Shown: positions 49,633 to 61,182, counted from the stretch's first letter. The stretch: DNA of 64,000 bases from Candidatus Bathyarchaeota archaeon (GCA_963780185.1 CAWABA010000006.1:800001-864000), one strand, 5' to 3'. Numbers and translations are program-made. The notes: a model not told the origin generated them from the letters alone.

Positions 49633-50961
49633 CTAGTCCAGGTGGTATGCTTCTTCGCCGTGCTGGCTCATGTCTAAGCCGTCTTCTTCCTCTTTCTGGC
49701 TAACGCGCAGAGGCGAGAAGCGGTCAACGATTTTCAGCAGAACGTAGGTGCCTGCGAAAGCAAAGGCGGATACTACTCCGACGGCAAGCAACTGCACTAA
49801 CAACTGGTGTACGTTGCCGTAAATTAAGCCTGTAACGTTTGGGTCAAGTGTGGCACTTGCAAACAAGCCTATTGAAACAGCACCGATTATGCCGCCGATT
49901 CCATGGCAAGCGAAAACATCCAGTGAATCATCGATCCTTGACCGACCAGCCCGCCAGTTAGCCACCAAGTTCGAAATTACTCCTGCAGCTAACCCGATGA
50001 CTACTGCACCCCAGAAGGTAACGTAGCCTGAAGCTGCTGTAACCGCGGCCAAGCCACATACTGCGCCGACCGCGATGCCGATTGCCGAAGGCTTCCCCTT
50101 AATCGTCCAATCCATAAGCATCCAGCTTACCGCCGCCGCAGCCGCTGCCAAGTTGGTTGTAATGACCGCTGAGACGGCGATGTTGTTGGCTGCTAATGCG
50201 CTGCCTCCGTTGAATCCGAACCAGCCGAACCACAGCAGACCCGCGCCCAAAATCACATAGGGGATGTTTGTCGGCTTAAACTCCGAACCCATCGGCACCG
50301 TTTTGTTTGTGCTTTTTTGGTCGAGGGCTTTTAGTTGGTCTTTCCAGTAAACGCAGCCTTGCCGTCTGCCGAGGACGACCGCCGCAGCCAACGCTGAAAC
50401 CCCCGCGGCTATGTGCACAACTATGCCTCCCGCGAAATCCACGGCGCCAAGAACATGCAGCCACCCGCCCGGGTTCCAGATCCAGCTGGCAATCGGCGAA
50501 TAAATCAGGGTTGACCACAGAACGACAAAGATGAGGAGGGATTTGAAACGGATTCTTTCCGCGCAGGCGCCTAGAATCAGGGCAGGTGTGATTGCTGCGA
50601 ATTTAAGTTGGAACGCGAAGAACAGGATTTCTGGGATGGCTGGCGCGGAAGGGTAAACGCTGGATAGGGTTATGTTGTTTAATCCGAGTTTGGATAGGTT
50701 GCCTATGACTCCGCCGACGCTTGGCCCGTAGACGAGGCTGTAGCCCCAGAAGAACCAGACGAGGCTTACTACGGCAAAGATTATCATGCATTGCACGAGG
50801 GTGGAGACAAGGTTTTTTCTTCGGACTAAGCCGCCGTAGAAGAAAGCCAAGGCTGGAGTCATCAGCATTACAAGAGCTGTTGACATTAACACCCATGCTA
50901 TGTCTGCTGCTCCCACATTTGTCCCCTCGACAGCACCGCTACAGGTTATTTGTTCATCCAT
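49633..50961 (-). CDS. amtB: Ammonium transporter
   Basis: LAFFYGGLVR, DFAGGIVVH, WFGWFGFN, DVFACHG. Confidence 0.97.
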   Translation of the reverse strand: MDEQITCSGAVEGTNVGAADIAWVLMSTALVMLMTPALAFFYGGLVRRKNLVSTLVQCMIIFAVVSLVWFFWGYSLVYGPSVGGVIGNLSKLGLNNITLSSVYPSAPAIPEILFFAFQLKFAAITPALILGACAERIRFKSLLIFVVLWSTLIYSPIASWIWNPGGWLHVLGAVDFAGGIVVHIAAGVSALAAAVVLGRRQGCVYWKDQLKALDQKSTNKTVPMGSEFKPTNIPYVILGAGLLWFGWFGFNGGSALAANNIAVSAVITTNLAAAAAAVSWMLMDWTIKGKPSAIGIAVGAVCGLAAVTAASGYVTFWGAVVIGLAAGVISNLVANWRAGRSRIDDSLDVFACHGIGGIIGAVSIGLFASATLDPNVTGLIYGNVHQLLVQLLAVGVVSAFAFAGTYVLLKIVDRFSPLRVSQKEEEDGLDMSQHGEEAYHLD

Positions 50962-51192
50962 TTCAGCAAACAAATATTTAAACTATACATTCGCATCGAT
51001 TATCAGCTTAAATATAGATAAATGTCCAATCAAGCGCTCACAAACACGATATTCATAAAACAGTCAAACAAAAAAAGCCGAATAAACATGAAATTGTCCA
51101 AAATAAACCATGTAAAATCGAAAATTGTCAAACAACCTCAAAACTGGAAAAACTGTTTAGAACAAAAAAAGAAAAAGCGGCTAAGCTTTCGC

Positions 51193-52492
51193 TTAGTCTA
51201 GCTGGTAGGCTTCTTCGCCATGCTCACTCATGTCTAAGCCTGCGTCTTCCGCTTCCTCACTTACTCTCAGCGGCGAAAACACGTTCACCACCTTAAGCAA
51301 CGCGTACGAACCGAAGAACGCAAACGGCACCACTATACCAATCGCCACCAACTGAACCAGGAATTGATGTACGTTTCCAAAGATCAAGCCGCTTGCACCA
51401 TTTATTGCAGCCGACGCAAAGATTCCTGTTGCGATTGAACCCCAGATTCCTCCGATGCCGTGGCATGCGAAGACGTCTAATGCGTCGTCGATTCGGGATC
51501 TGCCTGCTCTCCAGTTAGCCACTGAGTTTGAGATGATGCCGCCGATTAAGCCAATGACTATAGCCGCGCCTACGCTGACATAGCCAGCTGCCGGCGTGAT
51601 TACGACGAGTCCAACAACCGCACCTGTCGCCATGCCTATTGCCGAAGGCTTCCCCTTCCTGAACCAATCTGCCAACATCCAGCTTACCGCTGCTGCGGCT
51701 GCCGCCAAGTTCGTCGTCACCAACGCCGAGACAGCAAGCCCGTTTGCAGCCAAAGCGCTACCTGCGTTGAAACCAAACCAGCCGAACCACAGCAACGCTG
51801 CACCTAACAACACGTAGGGGATGTTTGTCGGCTTAAACTCTGTTGCATGATCCTTTTGGTCTAAGGCTTTCATGTGGCTTTGCCATGGGACGGCACAGCC
51901 TTTTCGTCTTCCAACCACAAGCGCCGCCGCTAAAGCTGAGATGCCTGAGGAAATGTGTACAACTATGCCGCCTGCAAAGTCGATGGCGCCGAGGTTATGG
52001 AGCCAACCGTTCGGGTTCCAAACCCAGCAGGCAATGGGAGCGTAGATGAAGGTAGACCAGAGAACTATGAAGATAAGCAGTGACTTGAAACGTATTCTCT
52101 CAGCGCATGCGCCAACTATGAGTGCCGGCGTGATGGCTGCGAACTTTAGTTGGAACGCGAAGTACAGCAGTTCAGGGATGTTTGGGGCGAGTTTGGTGTT
52201 GATTGCATTTATGCCGAGTCCGTTCATGCCAAGAAGGCTTGGGCTGAAACCGATTATGCCGGTGCTTGAGGTCCCGAAAACAAGCATGTAGCCCCAGAGC
52301 GCCCAGACGATGCTTATGACCGCGAATATTATGAAGCATTGGGCGATGGTTGATACGAGGTTCTTTTTTCGTACTAGGCCGCCGTAGAAGAATCCTAAGG
52401 CGGGGGTCATCAGCATGACTAATGCTGTTGCGGTTATTACCCATGCGATGCTTCCTGGGTCTGAGACTCCAACAACTGACATATTCATCCAA
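51193..52492 (-). CDS. amtB: Ammonium transporter, tandem paralog; probable indel near 52470
   Basis: Same motifs; TTG at 52492 gives MDEYVSC, matching MDEQITC of the paralog, one frame off the main ORF. Confidence 0.95.
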
Positions 52493-52866
52493 TCCTTTTC
52501 GACATTTGTTTGCTTAGTTAATTTTTACCTTTACAGCTACACACAGTTATATTTAAAAGCTGTGCATATGAAACATGTTTTTGCCGTTAATTGTGCAATC
52601 GTTGATTAATCCCGTGGTTTCCATAGTGTTCATCCAATTTTTCAAGGATACAACGGCTTAGCCTAAAAAAACGTCCAAAATAAACGCCAAAATTGTAAGT
52701 TTGACAAGCATGGAAAACCCCGCCGATTCAGCTACTCTTACACAATATACAGGTTCAATTAAAAACAATCAAGTCAGCTTCAAAATAAAAAAGCAACGGT
52801 TTTCAGCCTTGCACAAAACACTTATTTAGTTTTTCAACCGCTTCTTTGCTTGAAAAGGCGCATCAA

Positions 52867-53772
52867 ATGAAGCTTGGCTCATACACTTTCAAACCTGAAA
52901 AAGCAGAGGGCTTTGACTTTCACGTATTGCGCGTGAAAATTGAGACTGGAGCCAAACAACCTCCGCTTAGGAATATGTCCAGCAACGTCGCCGTCTTCGC
53001 CGATAACAGCGCCGTGGAAAAACACCCTGATTGGCTTTCTCAATCACCCACGGGACCAGCAAAGATGGGAAACAACACCCTCAACATTTGGTGGAACATA
53101 GTATGTGCTACTCAGCCGCAACACAGAGCAGAGACACTGGACTACATCGCCCAAGTAGATAGGCAATCACACGGTATATGGCTAACAAACCAATATTTTG
53201 CCAACCAAGGATACTGCACGTGCCCCAGATGCCAAGAACTGTGGAAAAAAAGCGGTTTAAGCTGGCTAGATTGGCGGCGCCGCGAAGTCACCGAATACGT
53301 CTCCCAAATCCGCGACCGAGTAAAGGGCGAGTTGGTTTTCTGCGTTCAGCCAGACCCTGTAAATTCTCTAGAGCGTTATGGAGTAGACTTCGATGACTTC
53401 GCCAAATACGCTGACAAATTCTGCGTCGTCATGTTCAGCAAAAACTACGCCACACCCTGGTACTTCGAAATGCTAACCCGCGCATTCAAGAAGCTGCTCA
53501 AAAAACCCTTCTACGTTGCCCTCTATGTTTATGGTCCAGGCGACAACCCAAAAGACGTGCCAACCACACAGGAGTTGCTTGTGACAAGCGTCCGCTGTGC
53601 ACGTTCAGGCGCAGATGGCTTGCTGTACTTGACGGAAGGCGCCAGCCAAATCCGAAACTTCCAAAAAGAAGCAGTCGCACAAACCCAACTAATAGAAAAG
53701 CTGAGGACATACGGCGGCCAACCCGTGCAGGAATTTCTGGACAGAGTCGAAGACTGGAAAAGCTTAATCTAG
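52867..53772 (+). CDS. Hypothetical protein, glycoside-hydrolase-like (GHL10/DUF187-type) barrel with CTCPRC motif
   Basis: EKHPDW, GYCTCPRC, WLDWRR, YGVDF pattern; family call tentative. Confidence 0.6.
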   Translation: MKLGSYTFKPEKAEGFDFHVLRVKIETGAKQPPLRNMSSNVAVFADNSAVEKHPDWLSQSPTGPAKMGNNTLNIWWNIVCATQPQHRAETLDYIAQVDRQSHGIWLTNQYFANQGYCTCPRCQELWKKSGLSWLDWRRREVTEYVSQIRDRVKGELVFCVQPDPVNSLERYGVDFDDFAKYADKFCVVMFSKNYATPWYFEMLTRAFKKLLKKPFYVALYVYGPGDNPKDVPTTQELLVTSVRCARSGADGLLYLTEGASQIRNFQKEAVAQTQLIEKLRTYGGQPVQEFLDRVEDWKSLI

Positions 53773-53804
53773 TTTTCCAAGTTTTTTCTCAAAAGAAAGG
53801 TAGG

Positions 53805-55292
53805 TTAGATAGGTTTTTGGTTTCTTCCGCCGCTTTTCATTCTTCGCATCAGAAACACAAAGACAACGACAAAGCCTGCAATAACCGCCATTAGCACAGC
53901 AATTATCGCCAAAAGCATCGTTTGATCCAGCGCGACTGTGGTTTTTTGGCGTTGGGCGTTGGATGCGGCTGGTGTTGCTGATGTTGTTGGTTGGCTTGGC
54001 TGCGTTGTTTCCTGCTGGGTTGGGGTTGCGGTTGGCGTTCCAGTTGAATTCTGCGCAGGCGAGGGTGAGGTTGTAGCCGACAAGGTGGGTGGGGATGCGT
54101 TTTGGTTGGGCAGTGCTTCTGGATTTGGAGTTGTTAAGAATGGGTTGAAGTTGATGGTTCCCAATGTGAAGTCTTCTTTGTAATCGTACATTGTTTGGCT
54201 GATTGCGTTTTGGTCTGTTGTTCCCCACCAATTATTAGGCAAGTTAACTTGAGCTGATGCCTTGTTGACGAGTTTGACACTCAGCGTGTTGCCGTATATG
54301 TTGTTGTTCTGTATTGTTGAGGCATAGGGGGTTCCTATCTGGATTCCAACGGAATTATTGGTAACCGTGTTGTTTTCTATGACAGCTTGATTGTTGTTGG
54401 CGTTTTGAAAGTTAACGGTGATTCCCGTAGAGTTGTTGCTTACTAAATTGCGTTCGATCAAAGTTGACACTGGGCAACTATAGGTGTCAGCCACCGTTAA
54501 GCCTCCTGAGATCGTGTTGTCTGTTACGGTGCCGCTTCCCGCTTCAACGTAGAGGCCGCCCGTAATGATGTTGTTGGAAACTGCAGGTGACAGTTGGCTT
54601 GACGCCAGAGGAGTTTCACCGCCGCCGACAAGACCCCGGACCAAATCTATTCCGTCGATTAGGTTCAGCCCGCAAGCAATATTGTTATCAAAGACTATTG
54701 GTGAACCGCCCAGAAGGGTGAAGCTACCAACCTGCAGAAAATCGCAGTCTCTAATCATGGCTCCGTTTGCCACCTCAAAATCTGTTTGGTTAACAATTGC
54801 ATCTTCCACGATTGACCCTGAATTTGTGTTTTGATTCCATCCTTGACTGCTTGAATCGAACCTCACGGTTGAGGTCGATGCGAAAGGAGTTGGAAATTCA
54901 TGCCATTGTGCTGCGCCATTAAAGTGAATCGGGTTGTCGCTTGTGCCTACCGCAGACAGAACCCCGTTGACATCGATTGCGTCGCCTATTATGCCCATGT
55001 TTATGGCGGCGCCCGGCTGAATTATTACCGTGCCGTTGACCAATAGGTAGAAGCTGCCGAGGTTAACGGTTGCGTCTGTGCCGATTGTCAAAGTGACTCC
55101 TGGATTAACCAATACGTTTCCCGTGAAGTCGTAGGGGCTGCCTGCCTGCGTCCACGTTGTGTTCTGGCTGATTATGTAGCTTACGTTGGTTCCGCCCTGC
55201 GCTTTGCCAAGATGCAAAGAACCCACATAGATGAGTGACGACAAAATCAAAAATGCCAAAAAAAGGGTTTCACTTAGTCGGCGACTGTTCAT
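53805..55292 (-). CDS. Surface protein with right-handed beta-helix repeats, S/T/P linker and C-terminal TM
   Basis: Signal peptide, WTQAGSPY, NNNIYGN, NNWWGTTD, TM followed by RRMK. Confidence 0.88.
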   Translation of the reverse strand: MNSRRLSETLFLAFLILSSLIYVGSLHLGKAQGGTNVSYIISQNTTWTQAGSPYDFTGNVLVNPGVTLTIGTDATVNLGSFYLLVNGTVIIQPGAAINMGIIGDAIDVNGVLSAVGTSDNPIHFNGAAQWHEFPTPFASTSTVRFDSSSQGWNQNTNSGSIVEDAIVNQTDFEVANGAMIRDCDFLQVGSFTLLGGSPIVFDNNIACGLNLIDGIDLVRGLVGGGETPLASSQLSPAVSNNIITGGLYVEAGSGTVTDNTISGGLTVADTYSCPVSTLIERNLVSNNSTGITVNFQNANNNQAVIENNTVTNNSVGIQIGTPYASTIQNNNIYGNTLSVKLVNKASAQVNLPNNWWGTTDQNAISQTMYDYKEDFTLGTINFNPFLTTPNPEALPNQNASPPTLSATTSPSPAQNSTGTPTATPTQQETTQPSQPTTSATPAASNAQRQKTTVALDQTMLLAIIAVLMAVIAGFVVVFVFLMRRMKSGGRNQKPI

Positions 55293-55439
55293 TTCACTTA
55301 CCTTCTAAACGCTTGTTGATTTGTTTCTCTTAATAGCGTTTCCGTCAAAGTTTCTTGACTAACCCAAGTCAAAATTCCTTGACCTCAAAACAAGAAAAAT
55401 GAACAGTACAAAGATGAAGAAGGTTGGTTTCTTCTTGGT

Positions 55440-56006
55440 TTATTCTTGGGGTTTGTTGTTTTCTGGCGGGATGAAGACGGCTGCTGCGACGGTGGTTGTC
55501 CACAAGCCATTCTTGTCGCCTGCTGCGCTCTGGGTTATGTTTGCGGTTTTGATGATGAGCCCGGTGGTTTTGAAGAGTTGTTTGCGTTCGTCCCATGCTG
55601 TTTCAGGGTCGAATTGGATGCCCATGGTTGTTGCAAGCATCGTGGCTGCGAGGTCTTCTGCGTAGTCGCCGGCGATTTCGTCGGTTTGCCCAAACGTGTG
55701 GTGCTCTGAGAGGTAGCCGTACTGGTTTTTGCCTGAGGGGATGGCGACGCCGATGGATGATGCGACGAGGCGGTGGGGTTCGTTGGTGGAGTTGCGTGCG
55801 ATGACGACAAAAGTGATTTCGCCTGGGCTTAGCATTTTTAAGCCTTTTTCGCGGGGTAGCTGTTCACATCCGGGCGGGACGATGCTGGATACGCTGACGA
55901 GGTTGCACATTTGTATGCCTGCGTCTCTGAGGGCTAATTCGAATGATTGGAGTTGCTCTTTGTGTTTGCCGACTCCCTTTGTGAAAAAGAATGCCTTGGG
56001 TATCAT
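55440..56006 (-). CDS. pdaD: Pyruvoyl-dependent arginine decarboxylase
   Basis: [22 protein letters not shown] self-cleavage site, YGYLSEHH. Confidence 0.95.
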   Translation of the reverse strand: MIPKAFFFTKGVGKHKEQLQSFELALRDAGIQMCNLVSVSSIVPPGCEQLPREKGLKMLSPGEITFVVIARNSTNEPHRLVASSIGVAIPSGKNQYGYLSEHHTFGQTDEIAGDYAEDLAATMLATTMGIQFDPETAWDERKQLFKTTGLIIKTANITQSAAGDKNGLWTTTVAAAVFIPPENNKPQE

Positions 56007-56146
56007 TTGGATTCGGAAAGAATGATAACAGCATGTGTTTAAAAAGTTTTTTATCCCAAAGACCTCAAGTCACATCGTGCTGGGAACTTAATCGGGAAAA
56101 AAGAAGCACACTTCCCAAAAATTCTTAGACACGTCTATTTGGTTCT

Positions 56147-56320
56147 TCTAGATGCGGCTATTTGGATCATCTAGTAAACCGAGGGGGTAGGCTGAGAGAG
56201 AAAGAAAGAGAGCGACCGAGGGAGGGTACCCCATTTTTACATCAAAATTTCAACGTAAATATGGGTAGCGAAGACAGAGGGAGGGGAATGATATTTGCGG
56301 TTGAAAACCAGCACAAAAAC
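56147..56320. repeat. Dispersed hairpin-linker repeat, copy 2
   Basis: CTAGATG...CATCTAG hairpin; ACCGAGGG(A)GG linkers; GGGTACCCCATTTTTAC...GTAAATATGGGT hairpin; matches 12115-12220. Confidence 0.7.
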
Positions 56321-56341
56321 AGCCTTGAAAACGCGAACCCG

Positions 56342-57343
56342 TTACTTTACGTTGCCGACACGCATTTTTTCAACTTCAACTTCGCTAGGCACCGCAACGG
56401 TCACGGATTTGTCGAGGATTTCTCTGCCGAAGGTAACTTTGACCTCGCCTGTTTTGGCGTCGGAGTAGTAAGCGGTTAGTTTGGCGGCGGTTTCTACGGC
56501 TTTTTTGGTTTTTGGTCCCTGCAGAATCGTTGTTGGACCCACGATTTCGGGCAATTCAAAGCGGTATTCGCTTGGTGTTTTTCTGGCGACTAAGAGTTTG
56601 TTTTCAGCTTCGTTTCTTCCGACAACGATTTTGTTTTTGCCTGCCCTGAAATGCCTGCCAACACGTAGCAAAGCGATGTCAGACATCGAAACGTGTTTTT
56701 TGTGGTTGAAGAGGTCGCGGATTTTTTTGGCGTATTCCTCGCAGGTCAGAAGACAACCGCCCGCGGGACAAGGATAATCCTTAATGCTGTATTCCTTTGC
56801 CAGCTTGAACTGGGGCTTTCTTGACCTTCCCTGAATATCCATCAGTTTAGAGCGGTCAACCAAACCTTTCCGTTCAGCTTCCGTTTCAGGCAGCAACCTG
56901 GCGGACAGGGGCCTTAGAACTTTACCTTTCAAACCGCCTTCCTTTTCAATAAGCATCATTGCTGGGTAATGCTGAGACATAGGCCGCTCATCCAAAACTT
57001 CGCCTGTAAAAATGAAAGCTGCACCCATCTCCTTCGCGTACTTCTTGGCTTTTTTCATGAGGAAAATTCTGCAGTCAATGCAGGGATTCATGTTTCTGCC
57101 GTAGCCGTGCTTGGGGTTGCGAAGCATCCGTAAGTAATCGTTTCCAGCGGCAACAACTTTCAGAGGCACGTTTAGCTGTTTAGCTGCGTCTACTGCGGCG
57201 CACCCGTCTTTTTTGCAGAGGCAGAAGGGGCTTCTGACGTTGAAGGCGGTGACTTCGATGCCTTGTTTCTGAATCATTTCTGTGGCAAGAATGCTGTCTA
57301 ATCCACCTGAAAGTAAACCTAAAGCCTTAACGCGCGGAGTCAT
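56342..57343 (-). CDS. PP-loop tRNA thiolase-like protein (ThiI/MnmA-related)
   Basis: SGGLDS, NPCIDC, TGEVLDERPMSQ, PAGGCLLT, VGRHFR. Confidence 0.88.
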   Translation of the reverse strand: MTPRVKALGLLSGGLDSILATEMIQKQGIEVTAFNVRSPFCLCKKDGCAAVDAAKQLNVPLKVVAAGNDYLRMLRNPKHGYGRNMNPCIDCRIFLMKKAKKYAKEMGAAFIFTGEVLDERPMSQHYPAMMLIEKEGGLKGKVLRPLSARLLPETEAERKGLVDRSKLMDIQGRSRKPQFKLAKEYSIKDYPCPAGGCLLTCEEYAKKIRDLFNHKKHVSMSDIALLRVGRHFRAGKNKIVVGRNEAENKLLVARKTPSEYRFELPEIVGPTTILQGPKTKKAVETAAKLTAYYSDAKTGEVKVTFGREILDKSVTVAVPSEVEVEKMRVGNVK

Positions 57344-57521
57344 TTGCCAATAGATTCTTTGGCTTAGATAATAATTTAGCGATGCGTTAGACAGGAAAAC
57401 CCAGCCAAAAAGACCTTTTTCCTTCTACCTGCCGCTTAGTAGCCATTTTTTTCAGAATAATTTAAAAACCTAAAAGAAGATAAAACATTTGGGTTTATGC
57501 CGAGCGACCGTGTGGACTATC

Positions 57522-58631
57522 TTGGACGTCAGTATCTTCATTCCTGTTTACAGAGAATCGAATCAAATAGGGGGCATGCTGAAAGAGCTTGTTTCTCAAA
57601 ACGTCAGCAAAGAAATCTTTGTAACCGTTGATGAGCCCACTGACGAGTTCTCAGAAGAAATAAAGCAGTTCCAGAACGAGCAAATCAAATTCTTCATCAA
57701 CAAGGAGCGAATTGGAAAAGCAAACGCGTTAAATGAAGCTGCAAAGTTGGCTTCGGGTAAAGTGCTTCTTTTCTTAGACGCCGACGTCCAAGTAACCAGT
57801 GACCCTGACTTTTTGAAGAAAATCATCATGGAAATGCAAATGACCGATGTGCTTGACATCAAAAAAGAAGTGTCAAAAGGCAAATCGTTCCTCTCCCGAA
57901 TGGCTTACTACGAATACTTCACCTTCAACGTCAGCGCATGGCTATCCTCAAAATACATGAACAAATGCCCATGCGTAAACGGCGCCGCCTTCGCCATTAA
58001 ACGGGAAACATTCGAGAAAGTCGGCGGCTTCCACAAAGTTGTCGCTGAAGACATCGACCTTGCAACCCGAGTTTTCCTGCAAGACGGCCGCTTCGCTTAC
58101 ACCACCGACGTAGAAGTCAAAAACGTCGTTTACAGCGACTGGACCAGATGGTTTAAGCAACGTCGAAGATGGGCAATAGGTCAAGGTCTATGGACAGTGG
58201 ACTGGTACCGCGACCTAACAAAAAAATTCGTCAAAAAACCCCAGGTTTTTCTGCCCAGCCTCTTCTTCTTGTACCCGACTATCGTCATTTTCTTAGTTAG
58301 CGCGTTAACGCCGAGCGGCTGGATGTACAATTCCATGCTGTTTTTTTCGCTGTTTCTATCAATGAAGTTTAACATCATGCTGCCGGTTTTCCTTGTTTCC
58401 CTCGCGACAGCAAACGTGCTGAAAATACTGATTATTATGTTGTCGGGTTTCGCTTTGACAGCCGCCACATTCTACGGTTTGTCCAGGAAAATCGGGTTCA
58501 AAGAAATGAAGCTGCATGAACTGTTCGCATACTACTTTTTCTACTCAAACCTTTACATAGCGATACAGGTTATCGGCTTCTTCCAAGTGATTGCCCTACG
58601 CAAAAAATCTGGACCAGGCTGGAAAACATAA
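57522..58631 (+). CDS. GT2 family glycosyltransferase (processive type)
   Basis: IPVYRE, GKANALN, DAD, AED, QRRRW, C-terminal TMs. Confidence 0.92.
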   Translation: MDVSIFIPVYRESNQIGGMLKELVSQNVSKEIFVTVDEPTDEFSEEIKQFQNEQIKFFINKERIGKANALNEAAKLASGKVLLFLDADVQVTSDPDFLKKIIMEMQMTDVLDIKKEVSKGKSFLSRMAYYEYFTFNVSAWLSSKYMNKCPCVNGAAFAIKRETFEKVGGFHKVVAEDIDLATRVFLQDGRFAYTTDVEVKNVVYSDWTRWFKQRRRWAIGQGLWTVDWYRDLTKKFVKKPQVFLPSLFFLYPTIVIFLVSALTPSGWMYNSMLFFSLFLSMKFNIMLPVFLVSLATANVLKILIIMLSGFALTAATFYGLSRKIGFKEMKLHELFAYYFFYSNLYIAIQVIGFFQVIALRKKSGPGWKT

Positions 58632-58656
58632 AGTCCCGTCGATAACATAGCCGATT

Positions 58657-59529
58657 TTAGGAGCCGAGAAGTTTACCCAGCTTTTCAAAGTTATCAAACA
58701 TGACGCAGTGACCTGCCCCCTCAAAAATCTCCAGTTGCGACCCCAAAACGCTTTTCGCAATCAAACCTGCATTGGCAACTCGGCAAGTCATGTCTTCAGA
58801 ACCGTGCCAAATAACCAGTTTGCCCGCGGGAATGCGTGAAAACGAAACAGGCCAAGGCTTCATGAAAGCCTGATGCTCCATAAGCACTGCTTTGGCGCCG
58901 TCGCCTTGACGGAACGCTTCAGCCATGGATTGGTACATCAGCGTCATCCATGAGGGGTTGGAAAAAAACTTTAGGTCGCTTTTGGAGCAGGCGTGAAGCA
59001 TCTGTTTTCCCTGTCTTGACCTCAAGAAAGCGGGGATGTCGCCGTTGGCTTTGAGCACTTGGTTGCTCATTCTTTTCATCGCGAAGAGTCCGAGAAAAGG
59101 AATTTTCATGACGTAACGGGCAAAAGGCATGTTGTGCGCGGTGGAAACGTCGAAAGGCAACGCTGGCGCTCCCGCAATCACCGCTCGGGTTACACGCTCT
59201 GGGCAGCAGGCTAAGTATGCAAGGGCAAAAGCGCCTCCGCCAGACCATCCTAAAACCCCAAACCGCTCGACGCCTAAACGGTCAATTAAGGAATTGACAT
59301 CTGAATTGAAATCTTGAAGATTTTTTCTTGGATTGAAGGTTGACAATCCGTAGCCTGGTCTGTCTATGCCGATTATTTGCAGCCCAGCGGAGTTTGCGAG
59401 CTCCCTTAAAAGCAGAACTTCTAGGCGGCTGCTTGCGGTTCCGTGAAAGTAAACGATCGGTTTGCCTTCGCCCACAGTGCAGTAGCCAAGTCGGCGACCA
59501 TCGGGCAAAACAACGATTTGTTGGTCCAA
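58657..59529 (-). CDS. Alpha/beta hydrolase
   Basis: LPDGRRLGY, FHG, DRPGYG, GWSGG, WHGSED, GAGH. Confidence 0.93.
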   Translation of the reverse strand: MDQQIVVLPDGRRLGYCTVGEGKPIVYFHGTASSRLEVLLLRELANSAGLQIIGIDRPGYGLSTFNPRKNLQDFNSDVNSLIDRLGVERFGVLGWSGGGAFALAYLACCPERVTRAVIAGAPALPFDVSTAHNMPFARYVMKIPFLGLFAMKRMSNQVLKANGDIPAFLRSRQGKQMLHACSKSDLKFFSNPSWMTLMYQSMAEAFRQGDGAKAVLMEHQAFMKPWPVSFSRIPAGKLVIWHGSEDMTCRVANAGLIAKSVLGSQLEIFEGAGHCVMFDNFEKLGKLLGS

Positions 59530-59553
59530 TTCAAAGCCTCCTTAGAGTCGCCG

Positions 59554-60304
59554 TCATGCGTTTGCCTTCTTTAGCACTGCATAGGAACCGAAGAAGAATG
59601 CTACGCCGAAGCCGAACGAGAGCCGCAAGTGAAAACCATGGAAACGCTTGGTTCAAAGCTGCTGCACGCAGGCACTGGCTTGAATGGGTTAGCGGCAGGA
59701 AGTAAAGCGCGATTTTGACGCCTTCAGGAACCTGTGTCAGGGAAAAGAAGGTGCCGCAAAGAAATGTCATCGGTAGATTCACCAAGTTATTGAATGTGCT
59801 CATGTGTACATGGTTGTTAAACATTGAGGCAACCATCACGCCGAAGAGGGAGAAAACGAAGCAGGACAAAAGCAGCGTAAAAACAAAAACTGGGTTGACC
59901 ACTAAAGTCGGCGAAAGAACAAGCCCCAAGATGAGTATAGCCACAGAGCTGATTAAGCCTCGAACAATGCCGATAAGCGCTTTGCCCACGACAATGGAGT
60001 ACAAGTTGATCGGCGAAATCAAGAATTCGTCGAAGCTTCGGTAAAAGAGGCGGTCGATTTGAAGTTTTGAACCGGCGCCGTTGAAGCTGGATGAAAAAGC
60101 CGTAAGCGACACGATGCCTGGGATGACGAATGCAAGGTAGCTGACGCCGTCGACGGTGACGCCTCTGCCTAATCCGTAGCCGAAAGCCAGCAGGTAGAGG
60201 ACGGGTTGGATGAGGCTTGTAGCTACTGTTGACCGCCAGTGATGGCTCAGGTTTCGCAGGTCAACCCAGAGAATGGAGTAAATATCTTTCAGCGGCTCAA
60301 ACAT
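59554..60304 (-). CDS. ABC-2 transporter permease; indel near 59615
   Basis: YLAFVIPGI, PMTFLCGTFF, LPLTH; last TM (GFGVAFFFGSY) lies in an adjacent frame. Confidence 0.88.
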
Positions 60305-61115
60305 CTGTGTTGTCAACCTTCTCGCCTGTTTGCTCCACAAAAACATCCTCCAGGTTGGAGTCGCGGATAACGGTTCTGACGTTGGCTGGCTGCTTCTCAA
60401 CGTACCTTGCCGCTTCAGTGTGGTCATTGAAAAACTGGTAACGCGTCTGCTTGTTGTCAACCATTAGCTCGACGGCGACTGGTCCCAGCTTCCTGCGCAG
60501 TTCAGGCGGCGTGCCTAAGGCAATTAATTTGCCGTGATGCATGATGCCGACGCGTCCGCACAGCGCTTCAGCTTCCTCAATGTAGTGGGTAGTCAAAAAA
60601 ATCGTGGCGCCCTCCGCGTTGAGCCGACGCACAAGGTCCCACAGGCGACGCCGAGCCTGAGCATCCAACCCCTCCGTCGGTTCATCTAGAAACAGCACTT
60701 TAGGTTCATGCAGAAGGCTGCACACAATGGCTGCCCGCTTCTTCATACCGCCAGAGAGCGTGTCAACCATTTTGTCAGCGTATTCTCGGAGTTCGACGTA
60801 GTCAAGCAACTCGGCTATCCGCTGCTTCCGCTCTGCGGAGCCAAGCCGATGAAGCCGCCCGTGAAACTCCATATTTTCCCGCACCGTCAAATCGCGGTCC
60901 AACGTTAAATGCTGCTGCACAACGCCGATGAGACGCTTCACCTTATCAGGCTCTTTCGCGACATCAAAGCCTCCAACCCAAGCGGAACCAGAAGTGGGAC
61001 GGGTCAAAGTTGTGAGGACACGGATGGTTGTGGTTTTCCCTGCTCCGTTGGGTCCCAAAAAACCGAAAATCTCCTTAGGCTGCACCTGCAAATAGAGGTC
61101 TTTGACGGCTTCCAA
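60297..61115 (-). CDS. ABC transporter ATP-binding protein (DrrA/NodI-like); true start probably ~61163-61186
   Basis: GPNGAGKTT, LSGGM, LDEPT, TTHY. Confidence 0.95.
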   Translation of the reverse strand: MEAVKDLYLQVQPKEIFGFLGPNGAGKTTTIRVLTTLTRPTSGSAWVGGFDVAKEPDKVKRLIGVVQQHLTLDRDLTVRENMEFHGRLHRLGSAERKQRIAELLDYVELREYADKMVDTLSGGMKKRAAIVCSLLHEPKVLFLDEPTEGLDAQARRRLWDLVRRLNAEGATIFLTTHYIEEAEALCGRVGIMHHGKLIALGTPPELRRKLGPVAVELMVDNKQTRYQFFNDHTEAARYVEKQPANVRTVIRDSNLEDVFVEQTGEKVDNTDV

Positions 61116-61182
61116 AGTTCCATATTTTTTGCTCAGTTTCTCAGTCGATATCGAGTTTTCCGTCGAAAGCCCCTCTTTTCTG

